Source of the DNA: an uncultured Acidobacteriaceae bacterium | Lineage (GTDB): Bacteria; Acidobacteriota; Terriglobia; Terriglobales; Acidobacteriaceae | DNA length: 64,000 nt | Assembly: GCA_963824315.1 (NCBI GenBank) | Contig: CAWGOX010000010.1 | Coordinates: 50,308-114,307 of the forward strand | Direction of reading: 5' to 3' | Shown: piece after piece, positions 57,825 through 64,000 of the stretch | Layout of the letters: every line of letters begins with the position of its first letter | Numbering within the stretch: the stretch's first letter is position 1 | Notes under the pieces: generated by a model | What the model saw: the letters and a program-made list of their open reading frames with translations, nothing else | Databases searched by the model: none | What the model was told of the DNA's origin: nothing | Program-made: the position numbers and the translations under genes

Positions 57825-58874
57825 ATGTATTGCGCAGGGCAGGACACTTTGGCAAATGGATTTTTTACTCAATTTGGCGTGCAGGACACGCAAGTCATTT
57901 CGTACGACCTAGACGAAATATCTTCACTCTTAAAAAGGCGAGTTGGTCCGCAGAAATACGAATTGCGCGACCGCACCAAAGATTTTTGCGCGAGACTGCA
58001 ATTCCGGAAATTGCAGGACTTGATGCTGAGCCACGGCTGGTTCTCTCCGGCCATGACCATTACCTCATCGCCAGACGTGCCTTATTACTCATTATTTTTT
58101 CGCCGCTACGGCTCCTCGGAATACACCGTGCGAGGCCGCACGTTTATTACTTCGCCGTCTTGCGGCGCGTTTCTGCCGGGCATGGAACCGGTGCGCGTTC
58201 GCACCAAAGAGAACTGGCATGTTTTCGGCACGAAGTTTTCGCCTAGCTCGCTCCATCGCGAACTCTCGCACTTGCTTGGGCGTGAGGCGCTGCAGTCGAT
58301 CGAGTTTGATCCGATCGTGAGATTCGATCGAGGAGCGGGACTGCTCGTCAAACGAATGTTGGCCCGGTTGTACGAAGCCGCGGCTTTGAGTGAGTTCGAG
58401 TTGCCGACCTCGGGAATACAAATTCGCCAGACTGAGTTGTCGCTGATCACGCTGGTCTTAGAGGGCCTGAATCACAACTATTCCAAGTTTGTGAACGGGC
58501 CGGAAAGAAAGATCGCGCCTTGGCAGGTGCGCTCGGTCGAGGAATTTATCAGCCAGAACGCCGATCGTCCGCTCTCATTGGGCGACCTCTCCGTCGTCAG
58601 CGGCGCGAGTGCACGCAGTTTGCAATACACATTCATGCGTCACCGCGGGTGTTCTCCCATGGAGTTTCTGAGACGCACACGTTTCGAACGAGCGCACGGA
58701 GAACTCTTGTCCGGGAGTGACGGTGCCACTGTCACATCCACCGCACTCCGTTGGGGATTTTCACACTTGAGCCGCTTTTCCGCGGAGTATCGCAGACGAT
58801 TTAACGAAAGCCCGTCCGACACTCTACGTCGTGCGCGAGGGGTCTCAAGGCAAGCGGCGAATGCTGGATTCTAG
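57825..58874 (+). CDS. AraC-family transcriptional regulator
   Basis: C-terminal dual helix-turn-helix: LSLGDLSVVSGASARSLQYTFMRHRGCSPMEFLRRTRFERAH ... ALRWGFSHLSRFSAEYRRRFNESPS. GAGAGGAATTCCCC precedes the ATG. Confidence 0.8.
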   Translation: MYCAGQDTLANGFFTQFGVQDTQVISYDLDEISSLLKRRVGPQKYELRDRTKDFCARLQFRKLQDLMLSHGWFSPAMTITSSPDVPYYSLFFRRYGSSEYTVRGRTFITSPSCGAFLPGMEPVRVRTKENWHVFGTKFSPSSLHRELSHLLGREALQSIEFDPIVRFDRGAGLLVKRMLARLYEAAALSEFELPTSGIQIRQTELSLITLVLEGLNHNYSKFVNGPERKIAPWQVRSVEEFISQNADRPLSLGDLSVVSGASARSLQYTFMRHRGCSPMEFLRRTRFERAHGELLSGSDGATVTSTALRWGFSHLSRFSAEYRRRFNESPSDTLRRARGVSRQAANAGF

Positions 58875-58916
58875 TGCTCTGGGAGTGGGCGGACGGATCG
58901 GCGTTACCCGTTCGCC

Positions 58917-59720
58917 CTACCTCGTTGGTACTAAGTCGGCCGATGACAGGACGTACGTTGTCGAATTGTCCAGCTTGATCTTGGATTGCTTAGACGTAAG
59001 GACCACACTGCCGTCCGAGTTGTGGATCAGTTCCACATCCTTCATCAGTTCGCGATGTGGCGGAGCGGTCGATTTTGGCGCGGGTGGAACGGGATCGGGA
59101 TCGCTGTCTGTCGTCGGAGTAGGGAACGGCGGTGTCGGACGTGGCGTTGTGGTGGGATAGGTTCCGGTCCCGGTGCCACGTTGCTGCGGGTTGCGAAGAA
59201 TCGCTGGTGGAGTGTCTGCGGAATTTCGGTCCAGTGGATCTTCCAGCGGGTAATACCACGCAGTCAAAAAGACTTTCGTCCTGAAAGAAATCGTCACAGG
59301 CTTCGAACCAATTTTCCAAGACGCCGAATCCATCCGGATGGCGAGACGATAAGAAGTGGAATCAGCCACAGTCGCGACAGAGGACTCCGTAATTTCGCCG
59401 TACAGCTTGGCACCCTCTGGAACTACAACTCCTTCGACCAGCGTTGCGGCTGTGAGTTTAGCTTGGATAGCGGTTCCAACCGGCGTCCTCCCCGATTCAA
59501 CCCTGCGGTGGAAGATCACGGGTAACTCCAACCCAGAGGACGAACCAGACTCTCCACGAGTTGCTGTGCCATGAGCGGCCTGCGCGGCGAGTACCGGTAA
59601 GACGAGCGCATTCTCCATGCTTGCGACGCAGGCAATCACAATCGGCGCAAGAATAGAAATTCCGAAGGCAACATGACGGAGGCGAGTAAACCGAATGGAT
59701 TCCTTGGACATCGTCTGCAC
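58917..59720 (-). CDS. secreted hypothetical protein with a Pro/Thr-rich linker
   Basis: Hydrophobic signal/anchor FGISILAPIVIACVASM and a PTTTPRPTPPFPTPTTDSDPDPVPP linker. I recognise no family. Confidence 0.45.
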   Translation of the reverse strand: MQTMSKESIRFTRLRHVAFGISILAPIVIACVASMENALVLPVLAAQAAHGTATRGESGSSSGLELPVIFHRRVESGRTPVGTAIQAKLTAATLVEGVVVPEGAKLYGEITESSVATVADSTSYRLAIRMDSASWKIGSKPVTISFRTKVFLTAWYYPLEDPLDRNSADTPPAILRNPQQRGTGTGTYPTTTPRPTPPFPTPTTDSDPDPVPPAPKSTAPPHRELMKDVELIHNSDGSVVLTSKQSKIKLDNSTTYVLSSADLVPTR

Positions 59721-59872
59721 CGGGGTCTAGGAGATTGTACTTCGCCGGTACGGGCGCGCGCCTCGACTCTCGGAGATAGTCCAACAAAAAGCCCCGCCCA
59801 GGCCTGAGCCTGGACGGGGCGGGATGTGCGAGCAGGCCTTCCAGAACCTGCTCTGGGCAACACCTCAGAGCA

Positions 59873-62800
59873 TTACGGCTTCACAACCTGTTTCACCACG
59901 TTCGAGGTGCTGGTCGCGAAGTTAGCATTCCCTGCGTAAACCGCAGTGATGGAATGCGTCCCCACGGCGAGTGCCGACGTCTTGAAGGTCGCCTGATGGG
60001 TCCCTGAGTTGATGGATCCGGTGCCCAGTTTGGTGGTGCCGTCGTTGAAGGTGACCTTGCCAGTCGGGGTTCCGGAAGTGGCCGTAACCGTCGCTGTGAA
60101 GGTAACCGAGTTTCCGTTGTGCGAAGGATTCAAGGACGACGTGAGTTTCGTTGTCGTCTTTGTAAGCGTCGCGGCTTGGATCTTAAACGTGACCGACTCC
60201 GTGGCTTCGACGTTGCCAGCAACGTCCGTACTCTCAAACGTTACCTTGTGTGTGCCATTCGTCGAAACGGTAAAGGGCGCGGTGTACGTCTTCGAGGATC
60301 CGCCATCGATACTGTACTTCGTGCTGGCGACTCCACTCAGATTGTCGGTTGCAGTGAGAGTAACTTTCACTGGTGTCGTGTACACGCCGCTCTTCAAAGT
60401 GCCGGTGAGTTTGGCTTTGGTGACAGGTTTCGTCTCGTCGATATAAGCGGGACCCTGTTCTGTCGGCTCGAAGTTGCCTGCGACATCTTCGCTGAACATG
60501 TAAACGACGTGCATGCCTTCCGTCGTGATGTGGAAAGCGGAGCCCGTGTATTGAATGCAAGCGCCAAGGTTGCCCGAGGAGCAGGAGGGTTGATCCACGG
60601 AGTACCAGGATTTGAGAACACCTGATCCACCGGTATCGAACGCATTGAGTTTCACCGAGTCCGAGGTCTTGTTCCAGTGCGCGGCGTTCGGCGTCGGAGT
60701 GATGGTCTTGGAGGTATTCGGCGGAACCGTGTCATAGCACACCGGACCATAAGTCGCGTTGCTGGAGAAGCCAGAGTTGTCCCATGCCCGCAAGTTTGCG
60801 GTGTGGCAACCTTGACCCGCCCACGACAGCGCGAGGTAACCGCTGGTCGCATTGGGGAACTGAGGACCGGAGTAGAACGAGTTCCCCGCACCAGGAGTAG
60901 CCGCGCTGAATGGATCGCCCGGATCTGAGTCCCATGCCTGGCTGAATCCACTGATGCCAGTTGCCGGCAAACCGCTGGTGCCGGTATCCGCCACCGTCCA
61001 TGAGACGTTTTGGTCCGTGTTGTACCACTTATTCTTGGTAGGCCCTGAGAAAGTGGTGCTCGGCAATCCAAAATCTCCGGCTTGATAAGTATTAATCGCG
61101 CGCGCCAATTGCAGCGCGTTGAACGATCCCCATCCCGTCACCGGATCGTAGCCGATTGCCGTGCACCAATAACCTAACCCGAACTTCGCAGTTACGTCGT
61201 TGTTATTGCACCCCGACGTAATGTCGTAATAAGGATAGTGGGGAGCGTAGCCTGGGTTAGTGCCAAACCAGTACAGGTAATAATTAGCATTTCCGAGCGG
61301 CGTGCAACTATGACTGTTGCAGGAGCCTCCGGTTTGCAGGCTGATGTAGTCGAGATAGGCGTTTTCCTGCGCAAAGAATCCTGCTACTTCCGGCGCCACG
61401 ATGCTAGTGCCGCCATTTCCTTGCAAGAAGCCCCCGAAATACATGTTCTGCGGAGTGTTGACCCAGTCGGCGTTAAGTGCGATATCCGGTACGGCCCTGG
61501 AACCGTAGCCCAGCGAAGATTGGTAACTGGGAACTCCGTAGTAAGCGCTTTCACCACCCGTGCTTCCACCATCATTCGCTGAACAGCCGTACGGTCCACC
61601 GGACCACGCCACTTCGTAGTTATAGATCGGGCCGGAGAACAGTGACAAAGTGGTACCACCGGCTCCTACGATATTGGGGTCTGACGCCGGATATTGCACG
61701 GCAATCGCATCGCCGCATCCTGCAGTCGCCCCCTGATCACCGGAAGCGGCGACCATCGTCCAACCTTGTCCCGCCATGGAGTTGAAAATTGCGTGGTCAG
61801 TATCCATTACAGACTGAGGAGTACAACCGAACTCCTCACAGCCCCAGCTGGTGCTGAATACGCGAGCTGCACCGTCGGTCAAAATCTTGTTATAGACGTC
61901 AGTGAAGGTTGAAAACTGGTTGTTGACCCCGTCGTACATGTAGATCATGGCCGTGTTCTGGAAACTACCAAAACTATTTGCCATGGCGGTCGTCCAGTCG
62001 AAATCCATCGTGCCTTCTCCATCGCAGCAGGTTGGAGTTCCATCAACATAGATCTGCTGATAGTGGTAGGCGAGATATGGATAGGAATTGTGAAAGCCCG
62101 CGAAGTCGTTAGGATCCTGGGTACCCGCAGTTGCAATCGCGATGGAAGACTCAGGAGGCGTTACTCCCGAATTTCCCAGCGGGTTGCAGCAGTGACCCTG
62201 CGCGTTGAGCGCATTAAGGTCGTAGGCTTGGGAGTTATACATATCGGTTGGATCGTATGCTCCGCCCGTGATGTTCGGCTTGACCTTGCCGGACTTGTCT
62301 TTCAACTGACGAGGAAGTTTGCTGCGGTTACCGTTCGCGCCCTTTTCTTCACCCCTAGCGAAGACATCTCCCGGAGTGTAGTCGGTGAACGTCGGTTCCT
62401 TAACCGTCTTGCTTGCGGGCCGAAGTACCTGAATGTTGTTCAATCCACCCACGGAGTGGATGACGTAATTCAGGTTGGTTGGAATCTGTGGGTCTCGGTC
62501 GTTGGAAAATGTCGTACGAGCGCCCACCTGATAGGTGTTGATCTTCACGCCGAATGCTTTCTGGATTGTATCCACCGTACCTTCGAGATCGACCAGTAAA
62601 CGATTTGAATAACGCTGGGTTACAGTCAGGCCCTGGCTCTTCGCCCAATCCACGACAGCTTGCTCATCCTGTTCAGACGGCGCAAACCGAGCGTTCCATT
62701 CGTCGGGAGTAAGAAAATGATGGAAGTCTTTGGATCCTTTCGTCTGCAGGTCCTCTAAGAACTGGTTTTCTTCATCCATGTGCGGTGGTTGCAGGCCCAA

Positions 62801-62983
62801 AACCACCCGCAGCATTTTTGTGGATTCGTACGGTCCCACTAGTTTGGCCGAATTGTCCAAGACTGCTGACGGTGTTGGACCGCCACCTTTAATTTTTGTT
62901 GGAGTTGGTCGCTGGGCGGCCAAAGGCAGCACACAGCACGCAAGGAAAAGAAACGCGCACGCACGAGCATTGATTCGTAACAT
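59873..62983 (-). CDS. secreted S53 (sedolisin/kumamolisin-like) serine-carboxyl peptidase with C-terminal Ig-like / OmpL47-like repeats
   Basis: Signal peptide. A pro-kumamolisin activation domain (FLTPDEWNARFAPSEQDEQAVVDWAKSQGLTV). Catalytic-region motifs ASGDQGA and GNGGTSIVAPEVAG. About 400 aa of beta-sandwich repeats follow, ending in a Big_3_5-like segment VTFTATVTA ... GTHSITAVYAGNANFATS. Confidence 0.85.
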   Translation of the reverse strand: MLRINARACAFLFLACCVLPLAAQRPTPTKIKGGGPTPSAVLDNSAKLVGPYESTKMLRVVLGLQPPHMDEENQFLEDLQTKGSKDFHHFLTPDEWNARFAPSEQDEQAVVDWAKSQGLTVTQRYSNRLLVDLEGTVDTIQKAFGVKINTYQVGARTTFSNDRDPQIPTNLNYVIHSVGGLNNIQVLRPASKTVKEPTFTDYTPGDVFARGEEKGANGNRSKLPRQLKDKSGKVKPNITGGAYDPTDMYNSQAYDLNALNAQGHCCNPLGNSGVTPPESSIAIATAGTQDPNDFAGFHNSYPYLAYHYQQIYVDGTPTCCDGEGTMDFDWTTAMANSFGSFQNTAMIYMYDGVNNQFSTFTDVYNKILTDGAARVFSTSWGCEEFGCTPQSVMDTDHAIFNSMAGQGWTMVAASGDQGATAGCGDAIAVQYPASDPNIVGAGGTTLSLFSGPIYNYEVAWSGGPYGCSANDGGSTGGESAYYGVPSYQSSLGYGSRAVPDIALNADWVNTPQNMYFGGFLQGNGGTSIVAPEVAGFFAQENAYLDYISLQTGGSCNSHSCTPLGNANYYLYWFGTNPGYAPHYPYYDITSGCNNNDVTAKFGLGYWCTAIGYDPVTGWGSFNALQLARAINTYQAGDFGLPSTTFSGPTKNKWYNTDQNVSWTVADTGTSGLPATGISGFSQAWDSDPGDPFSAATPGAGNSFYSGPQFPNATSGYLALSWAGQGCHTANLRAWDNSGFSSNATYGPVCYDTVPPNTSKTITPTPNAAHWNKTSDSVKLNAFDTGGSGVLKSWYSVDQPSCSSGNLGACIQYTGSAFHITTEGMHVVYMFSEDVAGNFEPTEQGPAYIDETKPVTKAKLTGTLKSGVYTTPVKVTLTATDNLSGVASTKYSIDGGSSKTYTAPFTVSTNGTHKVTFESTDVAGNVEATESVTFKIQAATLTKTTTKLTSSLNPSHNGNSVTFTATVTATSGTPTGKVTFNDGTTKLGTGSINSGTHQATFKTSALAVGTHSITAVYAGNANFATSTSNVVKQVVKP

Positions 62984-63005
62984 AATCCCCCTTTGTTGCT
63001 TCTTG

Positions 63006-63035
63006 AAGATGATTGTTGAAAAGATGATTGTTGAA
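63006..63035. repeat. perfect 15-bp tandem duplication directly upstream of the S53 peptidase gene
   Basis: AAGATGATTGTTGAA occurs twice: 63006-63020 and 63021-63035. On the gene strand this reads TTCAACAATCATCTT x2, 22 nt upstream of the ATG at 62983. Confidence 0.85.
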
Positions 63036-63789
63036 CCCCGCCTTCAACGATGCGGAGCAGCTCCGTAAAATGATTTGTCGTCGTGGTGAAACATGTCGTT
63101 CAACCAGACGCTGACATCGCAACGGGTCAGCATTCGATCAACGATCATGTTCGAGTTCGGCTTGTATGAAGGGTCCGATACGGTATCGAGTCCGAAAAAC
63201 CACACTGTCTTTCGGGCACATCGGAACAAAAAATCCTCAACAACAGTGATTTAAGAATTCGCTTGGTAGACCGCTTTCCTGTGTATAGTGCCGATTTCCC
63301 TGATTTCGTTTCACGCAACGAAACTGTCGCGCTACTATCGTCGCTCGTTTTCTCTCTCTGATTTTCGAGAGCGAATCGCTCGGCGAAAGTGTCGCAATCT
63401 TGCCTCACACTCGAGAAAACGTCCATGGTGCGGAGATGAAGCCGTCTCAATTCATCTGAAGATTGTTTGCATTTCAGGAAACGGGATCGTCGTTTCCTCG
63501 CCTCGGGCGAGGATGCGGTGATTCCAGCGCGGGCACGCACGTTAAAGGCAAACTGCAAACAGAGGAAAGGCGCGATGAGGAGCATAAAACGGGAATCGCG
63601 ACGACAACTCATGCTTTCATTTGGCGCAACGCAATTAAATATTCTCGGTGGACAGACTAGAAGCTCCAATCGCATTCTGCGTTCATTACGACCTCGCGAT
63701 ACAGTTGTTAGCAATGAGTTTCAGATCCATTCTGTACTGCTATAATCGCTGGAAATTCCGACTAGTATTTTTGGTAGACGGAGGGCGCG

Positions 63790-64000
63790 ATGCACACGAT
63801 GCGAAGGAAGCCTTTTTTCACTACGATCGTTTTATTAATCACACTGGTGGCGCTGCAGGACTTCGGTCCGTTCCTCTCCGCTCAGACCTCCATTCCCACG
63901 GCCGATGAACTCGATCAGTTGCTCGCTCCGGTGGCTCTCTATCCTGACTCTCTGCTCTCGCAGATCACGACCGCCTCGACAAATCCTCAGGAGATTTTGG
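63790..64000 (+). CDS. DUF3300 family protein; N-terminal fragment that continues beyond the window
   Basis: ATG 63790. The signal peptide is FFTTIVLLITLVALQDFGPFLSAQ, followed by ELDQLLAPVALYPDSLLSQITTASTNPQEI, the hallmark DUF3300 motif. The frame is open to the window edge. Confidence 0.6.
   Translation, partial: MHTMRRKPFFTTIVLLITLVALQDFGPFLSAQTSIPTADELDQLLAPVALYPDSLLSQITTASTNPQEIL

Noticed and set aside
57647-58246. 199-aa plus-strand ORF overlapping the 5' half of the AraC gene
   Set aside because: It is in a different frame from the AraC-family CDS (57825-58874), which has a proper ribosome-binding site and a C-terminal helix-turn-helix. The overlapping frame has no motif.
63145-63714. 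189-aa minus-strand ORF in the lower-GC region between the S53 peptidase and the DUF3300 gene
   Set aside because: The translation is Arg/Ser/Cys-rich with no domain, no clear ribosome-binding site, and competing ORFs in other frames (63288-63521, 63467-63745). Support is insufficient to call a gene. The region may be regulatory or degraded sequence.

Overview
This is a 64 kb chromosomal segment of about 56% GC. Gene content and protein style suggest Acidobacteriota (Terriglobia), but that is inference; no database search was possible. All calls rest on reading the ORF translations for family motifs and the DNA for start sites, hairpins and repeats. I saw no tRNA or rRNA genes, CRISPR arrays or obvious mobile elements.

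Gene order, left to right:
1. A trehalose/glycogen block: treZ, a GDE-type debrancher, treY and glgX.
2. A respiratory island. It contains heme O synthase and two paralogous SH3-tailed proteins. Divergent from these lie a Cyc2-like fused cytochrome-porin, a diheme cytochrome c, an amicyanin-like cupredoxin, coxB, coxA, two coxC genes, coxD and a small CxxC membrane protein.
3. A divergent light / photo-oxidative-stress supercluster around a CarH/LitR-type MerR-B12 photoreceptor. It contains a class II photolyase, two cfa-like methyltransferases, DUF1295, DUF1475, a delta-9-type desaturase, an FAD amine-oxidase-like protein, DUF1365, a peroxiredoxin and ferrochelatase.
4. Assorted secreted proteins and msrB.
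5. A partial F1Fo operon (b', b, delta, alpha, gamma, beta, epsilon) with no a or c genes.
6. Two tandem phosphoesterase (PLC/AcpA-family) paralogs and a Tat multicopper oxidase.
7. pilT, a PilZ protein and a response regulator.
8. An AraC regulator, a 1036-aa S53 sedolisin with Ig-like tails, and a DUF3300 fragment.

Most interesting observations:
- The Cyc2-like / diheme cytochrome c / cupredoxin / aa3 oxidase module is syntenic with the Acidithiobacillus rus iron-oxidation operon.
- A CarH-type regulator carrying a Wx9EH motif sits at the hub of a lipid-modification and DNA-repair regulon. In Rhodobacter the equivalent gene set is controlled by sigma-E/ChrR.
- atpH appears to be interrupted by a 1-nt frame disruption.
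- The atp operon spacers are structured and share short motifs, and the b and gamma subunits are unusually long.
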